Positions 17,240 to 24,949 of a DNA stretch of 64,000 bases are shown piece by piece (position 1 is the stretch's first letter; every line of letters starts with the position of its first letter). The notes under the pieces are model-generated. The model was given only the letters and a program-made list of their open reading frames with translations. It searched no databases and had not been told where the DNA came from. Source of the stretch: an uncultured Clostridia bacterium (lineage in GTDB: Bacteria > Bacillota > Clostridia > Christensenellales > Borkfalkiaceae); the NCBI GenBank assembly GCA_944346655.1, contig CALVMP010000001.1:2599-66598 (forward strand), given 5' to 3'. The position numbers and the translations under genes are program-made.

Positions 17240-18322
17240 ATGAAAAGTAAATTTGTTGCCGCCATTCTTTCGGCGGTTTCGGTAATTTCCCTCGGTGTCC
17301 TTGCCGCCTGCGGCGACGGCGGCGAAAACGTCGGTACGCCTCAAACGTATTCCATTCAGGCTCCCGGGGTTTCAGAGCTGTACACCGTCACGGGTCTGTC
17401 CGCAAACGCAAACGAGGGCGAAACCGTAAACTTCGACGTGGAGAGCGAAAGCGTGTTCTATACCGTAGATACGGTAACGGTCAACGGCGCGGCAATCACT
17501 CCAGATATCTTCGGCTATTCATTCACCATGCCGGCAGAGGACGTGGAAATTGAAGTTGTAATGTCTCCCGTGGGAGAATACGACGACCCCGACGACCACC
17601 TTTCGTGGGGTTCGTCCGTAACGGGCAAAATCCCGTCGTCAGGCTCGGACGATTTTCAAATACCGCTCTATTTCGACGGCATATCCTCGGGCAACTGGAT
17701 AACGGATATAGACGCAACAATCTATTCCTCGGACGAGGAAGTCATCCCGTCAACGGCAATAGAGTTTGTTCCCGTCAGGGCTTCGGCGAGCACCGCCATA
17801 ATAGGCGGCTATCTTGCTGTTGATCTTTCCGGGGTAGGTGAGGGTGAAACTTTTATCTATCTGGAGCTCGACCCCAATAACAGCAGTCTCGGAACGCTAA
17901 TCAAAGAGTTTTCCGTCGTGCCCGAAGAACAGATTGAGGCGGAGACGATGGAGGTCGTTTTCACTTATAAAAACAATACGGACTACGCCGACGAAAATAT
18001 ATTCTTCAATATCGCCGACACGGCGGGCGGAGACATTCTGACCTTTTATTCAAGCGATTTCGTCGGCGGCAAGCTGACGTTCGACTATGCGGTGGGGCAT
18101 ACTTACCGCGTCACGTGCGCGTATGCCGTCTACAACGAGGAAACGGGTCGGTATGAAAATATGACCAATCTCTATCTTAACGAGTGGGAGGGCGAAGGCA
18201 CTGTTACGGGAGGTCACTCGGCGAACAGTCTCGACCGCGAAAGCGGGTATCCTTACCGCAATATCCTCGATCTTTCAACGGAAGGCGTAGAGGTCCCTCT
18301 TATCATCGTCGACAGCATTTAA
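17240..18322 (+). CDS. lipoprotein, function unknown
   Basis: Signal peptide with lipobox: MKSKFVAAILSAVSVISLGVLAAC-GDGG. The mature part is acidic with Ig-like character. Confidence 0.75.
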   Translation: MKSKFVAAILSAVSVISLGVLAACGDGGENVGTPQTYSIQAPGVSELYTVTGLSANANEGETVNFDVESESVFYTVDTVTVNGAAITPDIFGYSFTMPAEDVEIEVVMSPVGEYDDPDDHLSWGSSVTGKIPSSGSDDFQIPLYFDGISSGNWITDIDATIYSSDEEVIPSTAIEFVPVRASASTAIIGGYLAVDLSGVGEGETFIYLELDPNNSSLGTLIKEFSVVPEEQIEAETMEVVFTYKNNTDYADENIFFNIADTAGGDILTFYSSDFVGGKLTFDYAVGHTYRVTCAYAVYNEETGRYENMTNLYLNEWEGEGTVTGGHSANSLDRESGYPYRNILDLSTEGVEVPLIIVDSI

Positions 18323-18338
18323 AATAAACGCATTTTAA

Positions 18339-18363
18339 GCCGCCCGCGCTCCGCGCGGGCGGC
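18339..18363. terminator. repeated palindromic terminator GCCGCCCGCG-CTCCG-CGCGGGCGGC
   Basis: 10-bp GC stem followed by TTTAAAATT. The identical 25-mer recurs at 20676-20700. Confidence 0.7.
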
Positions 18364-18422
18364 TTTAAAATTGTCTGTTTTATCCGTGCATATTGCTCAT
18401 TTTGCCTATAAAAAATTGCCCC

Positions 18423-18451
18423 TTGACAAAGTATCTTTGCCGCGTTAAAAT
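18423..18451 (+). promoter_or_regulatory. promoter (TTGACA-17-TAAAAT), probably giving a leaderless mRNA
   Basis: TTGACA at 18423-18428 and TAAAAT at 18446-18451. ATG 18458 starts 7 nt after the -10 hexamer. Confidence 0.6.
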
Positions 18452-18457
18452 GTAGGT

Positions 18458-19282
18458 ATGATACTCACAGATATGCACGCACATTCTACATGGTCTGCCG
18501 ACGCCGACAGCCCGCTCGAGGATATGGTTGTCTCGGCAAAGGAAAGGGGGCTCTCCTTTTTCGGCTCTTCGGAACACTTCGACTACGACTACGTTCCCGC
18601 CGGTCTCACCTATGAGGACGGCAAGCCGTACACCGACGAGGAGGGCTATTTTTCGCAGGCGCGTTCCCTTCAGAAAAAGCACAACGGCGGAGGGTTTACC
18701 TATCTTGTCGGGGCGGAGCTCGGCTATTCTGACGACCCTTCGGTAATTTCCCGCTATCAGTCCCTCGTTTTAAAGTACGCGCCCGACTTTGTCATCAACT
18801 CCGTGCATACCTGCGACGGTCAGGACTGCTGGTACGGCAATTACTTTTCGGGCAAGGACAAAAATCTCGCCTACGCCCGCTACCTCGAGCAGGTTTTAAG
18901 GAGCCTGTCCGCGCCCTACCGCTACGACATTGTCGCCCATATCGGCTATGTTTCGCGCAATGCGCCCTACGACGACTCCAAGCTCAGGTATTCCGATTTC
19001 AGCAGACTTTACGACCATATTTTAACGGGCATAATCTCGCGCGGAAAGATACTCGAGGTCAACTCCTCCGCTCGCGGCGCCGGTTCGCCCTTTCTTCCCG
19101 ACGTCGACGTGCTCAAAAGATATTTCGAACTCGGCGGCAGAAAAATTTCCTTCGCCTCCGACGCGCACAACACCGAGCGCATAGCCGCGGGCAGTGATAC
19201 GGTTGTAAAGGCGCTGAGGCAAATCGGCTTCACCCACATAACCGTGCCCGTCAAGGGCGAAGAGGTGGAGGTCGAAATTTAA
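18458..19282 (+). CDS. PHP-domain histidinol-phosphatase family protein (HisJ-like)
   Basis: Contains DMHAHSTWSADA (HxH), SEHFDY, NSVHT, AHIGY and SDAHN, the PHP metal-ligand pattern. Confidence 0.8.
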   Translation: MILTDMHAHSTWSADADSPLEDMVVSAKERGLSFFGSSEHFDYDYVPAGLTYEDGKPYTDEEGYFSQARSLQKKHNGGGFTYLVGAELGYSDDPSVISRYQSLVLKYAPDFVINSVHTCDGQDCWYGNYFSGKDKNLAYARYLEQVLRSLSAPYRYDIVAHIGYVSRNAPYDDSKLRYSDFSRLYDHILTGIISRGKILEVNSSARGAGSPFLPDVDVLKRYFELGGRKISFASDAHNTERIAAGSDTVVKALRQIGFTHITVPVKGEEVEVEI

Positions 19283-19305
19283 TTTTTACCTTTAAACTTG
19301 GCGCG

Positions 19306-19341
19306 GTGAAAAAATATTTCAATAATTGAAAAATATTTCAA
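19306..19341. promoter_or_regulatory. two tandem palindromic operator-like sites upstream of the pfp promoter
   Basis: GTGAAAAAATATTTCAA at 19306-19322 and TTGAAAAATATTTCAA at 19326-19341. Both have (G/T)TGAAA / TTTCAA half-sites. Confidence 0.4.
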
Positions 19342-19348
19342 CTACCTA

Positions 19349-19377
19349 TTGCAATTTGGCGCAATTTGTATTATAAT
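19349..19377 (+). promoter_or_regulatory. pfp promoter
   Basis: TTGCAA at 19349-19354, a 17-nt spacer, then TATAAT at 19372-19377. Confidence 0.7.
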
Positions 19378-19436
19378 AAAAAAGGCTTTAAGTCAAACAA
19401 TACCTAACACTTTCATCAAGGGGGAATTAAATTTTT

Positions 19437-20660
19437 ATGAAAAATGTAATCGTGGGTCAGTCCGGCGGTCCCACCGCAGTTATCAACTCCAGCCTTCTGG
19501 GCGTATTTAAAACGGCGAGGGACAGGGGTGCCGACAAGGTCTACGGCATGGTTCACGGCATAAAAGGTCTCTTGGACAGGGATGTGATAGACATGTCCAC
19601 GCAGGTCAAAAACGACCTCGACATGGACCTTTTAAAGCGCACGCCCTCGTCATTCCTCGGTTCCTGCCGCTACAAGCTGCCCGCAATCGAAGGGAACGAG
19701 GCAACCTACGATAAGATTTTCGAAATTTTAAAGGAGCTCGACATCTTCGCCTTCTTCTATATCGGCGGCAACGACTCCATGGACACTATCGACAAACTTT
19801 CAAAGTACGGTCAAAGGATAGGCAGCCCCATCCGCTTTATGGGCTGTCCCAAGACGATAGACAACGACCTCGCCATCACCGACCACACTCCCGGCTACGG
19901 CTCGGCGGCAAAGTACATAGCCGCAACCACAAAGGAAATAATCCGCGACGGCCTCGTCTACGACTATCCCGTCGTATCTATTATCGAGGTAATGGGGCGT
20001 AACGCAGGCTGGCTCACAGCCGCCGCCGCTCTTGCCAAGGGCGAGGACTGCGAAGGCGTCGACATGCTCTACCTCCCCGAAAGAGTTTTCGATATCGATA
20101 AATTCTTAAAGGACGTCGGCGAAAAGCTCAAGGGCAACCGCTCGATAGTTATCGCCGTTTCCGAGGGCGTAAAGGTTGCCGACGGCAGATATGTTTGCGA
20201 GCTTGCCGATCACGTCGACTATGTCGACGCATTCGGTCACAAACAGCTTGCGGGCACCGCGCGTTTCCTTGCGGGCAAGGTCGCCGAAAAGTACGGCGTA
20301 AAGACGAGGGCTATCGAGCTCTCATCTCTCCAGCGCTGCGCCGCGCATATCACCTCGCGTATAGACGTAACCGAGGCGTTCAACTCTGCGGGCGCCGCCG
20401 TAAAGGCAGCGTTCGAGGGCAAGACGGGCATGGTTGCATGCTTAAAGAGGGTGTCCGAAGACCCCTACATGTGCATAACCGAGCTTGCGGAAGTTTCAAA
20501 GATTGCAAACGTCGAAAAGAAGGTCCCCGACAACTGGATAACCGAGGACGGCACGTATGTAACGCCCGAACTCATTCACTACATACGCCCCTTAATTCAG
20601 TCGGAGATCACCCCTCTATGGGTAGACGGACTTCCCCGCCACTTAAAGCTTGAACGTTAA
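19437..20660 (+). CDS. pfp: phosphofructokinase, PPi-dependent type (diphosphate--fructose-6-phosphate 1-phosphotransferase)
   Basis: Contains GQSGGPTAVINS, IGGNDSMD (Asp where ATP-PFKs have Gly), PKTIDNDL (Lys where ATP-PFKs have Gly) and MGRNAGWL. Confidence 0.8.
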   Translation: MKNVIVGQSGGPTAVINSSLLGVFKTARDRGADKVYGMVHGIKGLLDRDVIDMSTQVKNDLDMDLLKRTPSSFLGSCRYKLPAIEGNEATYDKIFEILKELDIFAFFYIGGNDSMDTIDKLSKYGQRIGSPIRFMGCPKTIDNDLAITDHTPGYGSAAKYIAATTKEIIRDGLVYDYPVVSIIEVMGRNAGWLTAAAALAKGEDCEGVDMLYLPERVFDIDKFLKDVGEKLKGNRSIVIAVSEGVKVADGRYVCELADHVDYVDAFGHKQLAGTARFLAGKVAEKYGVKTRAIELSSLQRCAAHITSRIDVTEAFNSAGAAVKAAFEGKTGMVACLKRVSEDPYMCITELAEVSKIANVEKKVPDNWITEDGTYVTPELIHYIRPLIQSEITPLWVDGLPRHLKLER

Positions 20661-20675
20661 AATTTGTTTTCCGTA

Positions 20676-20700
20676 GCCGCCCGCGCTCCGCGCGGGCGGC
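20676..20700. terminator. repeated palindromic terminator between convergent genes
   Basis: 25-mer identical to 18339-18363. Confidence 0.7.
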
Positions 20701-20722
20701 TGTCGTTTAAAGGGAGGGGGAA

Positions 20723-20911
20723 TCACCTGCCCTTTCTTTTCGCCCTGCTTACAACCTGTTCGTGCCTCAGCATGGCAAGCTCGAGCATGTTAAAGCCGTC
20801 GCCGCCGCTCTCCTTTTGCGGCTCTTCGGGGGGCGTTTCCCGCGGCGGTGCGCCCTCCTTTGCGGGCTGACTTTCGGGCAACATCGTCCCCAGCAGTTCA
20901 AGTATGTTCAA
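20723..20911 (-). CDS. possible small Pro/Glu-rich protein (start uncertain)
   Basis: ORF ...LNILELLGTMLPESQPAKEGAPP...MLELAMLRHEQVVSRAKRKGR. Only a TTG start is available, and the AAAGGAGA box lies about 27 nt upstream of it. Confidence 0.3.
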   Translation of the reverse strand: MNILELLGTMLPESQPAKEGAPPRETPPEEPQKESGGDGFNMLELAMLRHEQVVSRAKRKGR

Positions 20912-21052
20912 AAGGTCGCTCTTTTCTATAACTTTACATCTCCTTTTATTAAATTTTCACTAAAATGACTACGTTTTTTATTGCGTAAAAGCAATAATTG
21001 GGGTATAATTATTAGAGCATTAAAAGGCAAATTATAAGGAATTTCAACCAGC

Positions 21053-23317
21053 ATGCGTAAAACCATCACTAAAATTATATGCTTGGCGACGGCTGCAATT
21101 TCCGCCGCGGGGCTCGCGCTTTCGGGCTGTGCAAACTGGTCGCAGACCCCGCTCGAGAAAGACGACTACACCACTGTCTCCTCAAACGGCGGCTTCGCCG
21201 TTGAAACGGACAACTATGTGTATTTTATCAACGGCGTTGAGTCTAACAGCGCGGACAACACCTTCGGCACCCCATTAAAAGGCTCCATTCAGCGTATTTC
21301 GGTGGAGAATGTCGAAAGCAGAAATTATCATTTAACCGAAACGGTTGTCCCCGTCATAGCATATTCCACCCACTATCAGGCGGGTATCTATATCTACGGC
21401 GACAGAATTTATTACTCCACGCCCTCGACGGCAAGGAACAGCTCGGGCGAGGTATTGTACTCCAATCTCGAGTTCAAGTCCTCCGCGCTCGACGGTTCGG
21501 AGACCATGTCCGACTATTACTACCGCGCGTCATCCTCGTCCCTCGAGTACAGATATGTCCGGCCCGAGGCTGACGGCGACGTCTATCTTCTCTACGCCCT
21601 CTCCGAAAGTTTATACGGCGAATCTTCGGCGGTTACGAACATTCACTCGATAAACACGACGACGGGCGAGGACACGCTGCTCGCATATAATGTAGCCGAC
21701 TACGCGTTCGATACCGAGGACCCCGCAAATCCTTACGTGTTCTACACGATGAACGTAATTTACAACCTCGGATCAAACAATTCCATCACGGAAAGCTACA
21801 ATCAGCTCTGGATGGTCCGCGCCGACGACAATACGCCCAATACCTACGATTTTTCGTATGTTGACGACTACAACGCGGAGGAGAATCCCCTGTACGTCAA
21901 CTGCGGCACAATGGTCTACGACGGCATCGGCATGCTCGAATACAGCCAGCGTTACAGCCAGTTCAACTACGGCTACGGCAGCGGCGAAACCTACAGCATC
22001 AACCGCACCGCCACGACCTATGTGTTGGATTATTACAAGAACGGCGTTTTAACCTTCAACGTTCAGCAGTCGCTCGACAGTTCCGCCGCGCTCTGCATGA
22101 TCACCCCTGGGGAGGCGGACTCTGACTGGAACGCCATAACCGCCAACGACAACCTCAGCGGAAGGAGACTTTTAATAGCCGACGACGATGTCGACTATAC
22201 ATTCGTAACTACTGCAGAGGGCGAGGACGACTGGGTGCTCTACAACGGCGAAACCGGACTTGAACTCGGCAAGTTCTCTGGCGGCGTGCTCTCCGAAGAG
22301 TTCGCCCTGACCGACAGCGGCACGGCTACAATTCTTGCCATACGCACCGAAAGGATATGGGACGAGGTTTCCTCAACCGTCGTTGAAATGCCCTACGTCT
22401 ATTATTCCCTCTCGGGCGGCACGGGTCACACCATCTACCGCATAGGCTTAAGTTCAAATTCCGATAATTACCGCCCCAACATGTTCCCCGTCGAAGAGAA
22501 TGCCGAATATGTCGAAACGCGCATACTCGACCTCGATGCGGACTCCTCGTGGTACGATCCCGAGTTTGTGTGCGGAAACACCATACTCTTTGCATCCGAA
22601 ACCGAGGGCATGACGGACTACAACTATATAATGGCATGCAATATCGGCTCCGAAAAATCTGACTCGGCTGTCATGAGCAACGCCGAACTTCAGGACTACA
22701 ACGAAAAGTACGAGGCGATATCCGAAGAGATTGACGCCTACGACGAGGAGACCAATTCCGACGGCTCGGCTGCATATGAAAATCTTACAAACGCCCTGTA
22801 CTACGCCTTCTACACGGGCGACAGGGAGTATCTTGCAGACCTCATAAACGCCTATGTCGAAATTGAGGACCGCTACAAGGAATACCTATATTCCGAGCGC
22901 TCGGCAGAGATTTACCTTGAGTTTATCGACGCAACGGGCGACTGGGCTGATTACGCAGACGACGTCCGCGAAGTCAACGGGGAGGAAGTGGCAGCCAACA
23001 GACAGCAGTACTACTATGCGCTCATCGGCAGAATGACCGAAGCCGACAGTGAAGCCCTCACCGAAACTTTCCGCTCAACCTACATGCAGGCATATCCCGT
23101 GGATACCTCCACATGGTGGGACGACATGGGCACGGCATGGCAGATAGTGTTCATAGTCGCAATGTGCGTTGTCGGTCTTGCGGTAATCGCGGGTGCCGTC
23201 ATACTCACCATATGGCTTGTCCGCCGCCATAAGAACAAGGGCGAACAGCCTAAATACGACAAGAAGAAGGATATCGACATCACCGACGATAAAAATATCA
23301 ACGTCTACGAAGAATAA
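21053..23317 (+). CDS. large surface protein with N-terminal lipobox, Tyr-rich beta-propeller-like repeats (DUF5050-like?) and C-terminal TM anchor
   Basis: The N-terminus has lipobox LALSGC-ANW. Repeated Y-rich blocks are present (YVYFINGVES, GDRIYYSTP, DVYLLYAL, PYVFYTMN). The C-terminus has a TM helix (IVFIVAMCVVGLAVIAGAVILTIWLV) followed by a charged tail. Confidence 0.8.
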   Translation: MRKTITKIICLATAAISAAGLALSGCANWSQTPLEKDDYTTVSSNGGFAVETDNYVYFINGVESNSADNTFGTPLKGSIQRISVENVESRNYHLTETVVPVIAYSTHYQAGIYIYGDRIYYSTPSTARNSSGEVLYSNLEFKSSALDGSETMSDYYYRASSSSLEYRYVRPEADGDVYLLYALSESLYGESSAVTNIHSINTTTGEDTLLAYNVADYAFDTEDPANPYVFYTMNVIYNLGSNNSITESYNQLWMVRADDNTPNTYDFSYVDDYNAEENPLYVNCGTMVYDGIGMLEYSQRYSQFNYGYGSGETYSINRTATTYVLDYYKNGVLTFNVQQSLDSSAALCMITPGEADSDWNAITANDNLSGRRLLIADDDVDYTFVTTAEGEDDWVLYNGETGLELGKFSGGVLSEEFALTDSGTATILAIRTERIWDEVSSTVVEMPYVYYSLSGGTGHTIYRIGLSSNSDNYRPNMFPVEENAEYVETRILDLDADSSWYDPEFVCGNTILFASETEGMTDYNYIMACNIGSEKSDSAVMSNAELQDYNEKYEAISEEIDAYDEETNSDGSAAYENLTNALYYAFYTGDREYLADLINAYVEIEDRYKEYLYSERSAEIYLEFIDATGDWADYADDVREVNGEEVAANRQQYYYALIGRMTEADSEALTETFRSTYMQAYPVDTSTWWDDMGTAWQIVFIVAMCVVGLAVIAGAVILTIWLVRRHKNKGEQPKYDKKKDIDITDDKNINVYEE

Positions 23318-23346
23318 AATTTGCTTTTTATTTTCACTACCCAAAA

Positions 23347-23378
23347 CAAAAACAGGCAGCTCCGCTGCCTGTTTTTTT
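23347..23378 (+). terminator. rho-independent terminator
   Basis: Stem ACAGGCAGC / GCTGCCTGT with a 3-nt loop, followed by T6. Confidence 0.85.
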
Positions 23379-23394
23379 GTGTATAGGTAATTTT

Positions 23395-23672
23395 CGGGTT
23401 ATCTCCCGTTGTAAATGCGGCAGAGATTCTTCAGCTTCGCCTCAGAATGACATAGTAATTATAACGACTGGTCGATAGACAACTACAGTCTGTCATGTTG
23501 CGCGAGCGAAGCGCTGCTTTTGCGGCATGGTATAGCGTGATTGAAAAGACGACAGCAACCCGCAAAAACGTAGTCGAAACATCTTCTTGTAGAACTTCGG
23601 TTGACTATTATAATATTACTCACCGCAATGCAGCGGTGGAGCCTGCAATTCATTAGGCTTGCTCCGCTGCAA
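23395..23672. repeat. mosaic intergenic repeat block B
   Basis: Contains an inverted GTCATTCTGAGG...GAAGAATCTCT module (23420-23452), a 33-nt block matching 11659-11691 at 29/33 positions (23597-23629), and TCACCGCAATGCA-hairpin-TGCAATTCAT (23620-23653). Confidence 0.75.
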
Positions 23673-23673
23673 A

Positions 23674-24051
23674 TTAAAAAACATTCTCCAATGTTACCGA
23701 ATACGACCCCGGCAGACTCTTTGCAAGGTGTTTAACCACCTCGAGTTTTGCAAGCGCCAGACCGAATTCGCTGTCGCGTATGTGCCCAGCCGCCTCGCTT
23801 AAAAAGTTATCTATCTGCCCTATATCGTTGTGGGGAATAAATATGTGCAGTCTCGTCTTTTTCTCCTCCCACAGCATCATCACGCTCTTTGCGTCGCTCT
23901 CGCCGGCGTTTCCCTCTTCGACCTTTTCGTACAGGCTGTCTGCGGCAACATACAGTGCGTCGAACTGGCTGTTCACGTATACCTGCGTAAATATAAACAG
24001 CCCCGCGCACAGCGCGATTGCGGCAAGGGTATATATAATCGACCTCACCAT
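23674..24051 (-). CDS. DUF4363 family protein
   Basis: N-terminal TM helix followed by a helical domain. It overlaps the upstream DUF421 gene by 7 nt, and this is the usual DUF421/DUF4363 pairing. Confidence 0.7.
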   Translation of the reverse strand: MVRSIIYTLAAIALCAGLFIFTQVYVNSQFDALYVAADSLYEKVEEGNAGESDAKSVMMLWEEKKTRLHIFIPHNDIGQIDNFLSEAAGHIRDSEFGLALAKLEVVKHLAKSLPGSYSVTLENVF

Positions 24052-24716
24052 GCGCCCTTTACCTCTATGTGTTCTATCGTGTAGGGCTCGCCCTTGCCCT
24101 GCAAATAAACTCTCCCGTTGCCGTCAACGGTCATAACGAGTACCTTTTTCAGTTTAAGCTTGCGCTCTTTTAAAAATTCTTCAAGCTTTTCGCGCTCTAT
24201 GCCGGCAATCTCCATGTTATGCTTGTCCGCTTTGCCTCCGTCTACAATCAGCAGGGGAAGGGTGGGCGTGCGTTCCTCCTTTTCGAGGGCGGAAAAGGAT
24301 CCGTTCGCCTCGTACAGCCCGTAATATACGTCGTCCAGATTAAAGTACCCCGCGGCTCTCATGCTCTCTATAAGGTCGGCAACGTCGAGGTTGTTTTTCT
24401 TCAGCTGGTAGGAATCTATTCCCTCCCTCGTAATTACTATGGAGGGTTTGCCGCAGATTACCGTTTTCATGGGCTTGAACCACAAATCGAGCAACCACAC
24501 CACCTGGTGCATTATGAATATCGTCACTACCGAAACAATGCCGTACAGCAGGGGTACGGAACTGTCCGCCATGGGTATGCAGGCAAGCTCGGCTATCAGC
24601 ATGGTGATAACAAACTCAAAGGGCTGCATTTCGCCTATCTGGCTCTTGCCCATCAGCCTCATGCAGGCGAGCAGTGTAATGAATATAATCGCCGTTCTTA
24701 TAAAAATAAGCGCCAT
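24045..24716 (-). CDS. DUF421 (YetF-like) membrane protein
   Basis: Starts MALIFIRTAIIFITLLACMRLMGKSQIGEMQPFEFV, typical of the YetF family. The longer ORF-track start would overlap the fol promoter -35. Confidence 0.75.
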   Translation of the reverse strand: MALIFIRTAIIFITLLACMRLMGKSQIGEMQPFEFVITMLIAELACIPMADSSVPLLYGIVSVVTIFIMHQVVWLLDLWFKPMKTVICGKPSIVITREGIDSYQLKKNNLDVADLIESMRAAGYFNLDDVYYGLYEANGSFSALEKEERTPTLPLLIVDGGKADKHNMEIAGIEREKLEEFLKERKLKLKKVLVMTVDGNGRVYLQGKGEPYTIEHIEVKGAW

Positions 24717-24752
24717 ATATCTACAGTATAAATAAAAAATCCCCAAATATTC

Positions 24753-24781
24753 TTGCAAAAGCCCTCAGGGCGTGATATACT
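24753..24781 (+). promoter_or_regulatory. folate-operon promoter (extended -10)
   Basis: TTGCAA at 24753-24758, a 17-nt spacer ending in TGA, then TATACT at 24776-24781. Confidence 0.7.
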
Positions 24782-24789
24782 ATTGTTAC

Positions 24790-24875
24790 AAAAAAGTTCA
24801 GCTGCGTAAAGTGGCGCGGGTCGGACAGCCCGCGCACGAAAGGTTAAAACCCTGCGGTGGCTGTACGCGTCCTAA
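24790..24875 (+). promoter_or_regulatory. probable THF-I riboswitch aptamer
   Basis: The blocks GCGUAAAGUG, hairpin GCGCGGG/CCCGCGC, ACGAA and GCGGUG occur in the same order as I remember in the Eubacterium siraeum THF aptamer (GCGUUAAGUG, hairpin, ACGAA, GCGGUG). The loop GGAC can pair with the downstream GUCC as a pseudoknot. Confidence 0.6.
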
Positions 24876-24886
24876 AGGGTATTTAT

Positions 24887-24920
24887 CTTCGGGCGCTTCT
24901 GCGCCCGAGTTGCTTTTTAT
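24887..24920 (+). terminator. leader terminator (expression platform of the riboswitch)
   Basis: Stem TCGGGCGC / GCGCCCGA with loop TTCT, followed by GTTGCTTTTTAT, 30 nt before the folC ATG. Confidence 0.65.
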
Positions 24921-24949
24921 CGGTGCGCCGCGGCGTTCCTTTTTGTTTT

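Noticed and set aside
24857-24949. Upstream start for folC (ORF-track start at 24857).
   Set aside because: It would translate through the riboswitch-like leader and its terminator. ATG 24950 follows the terminator.
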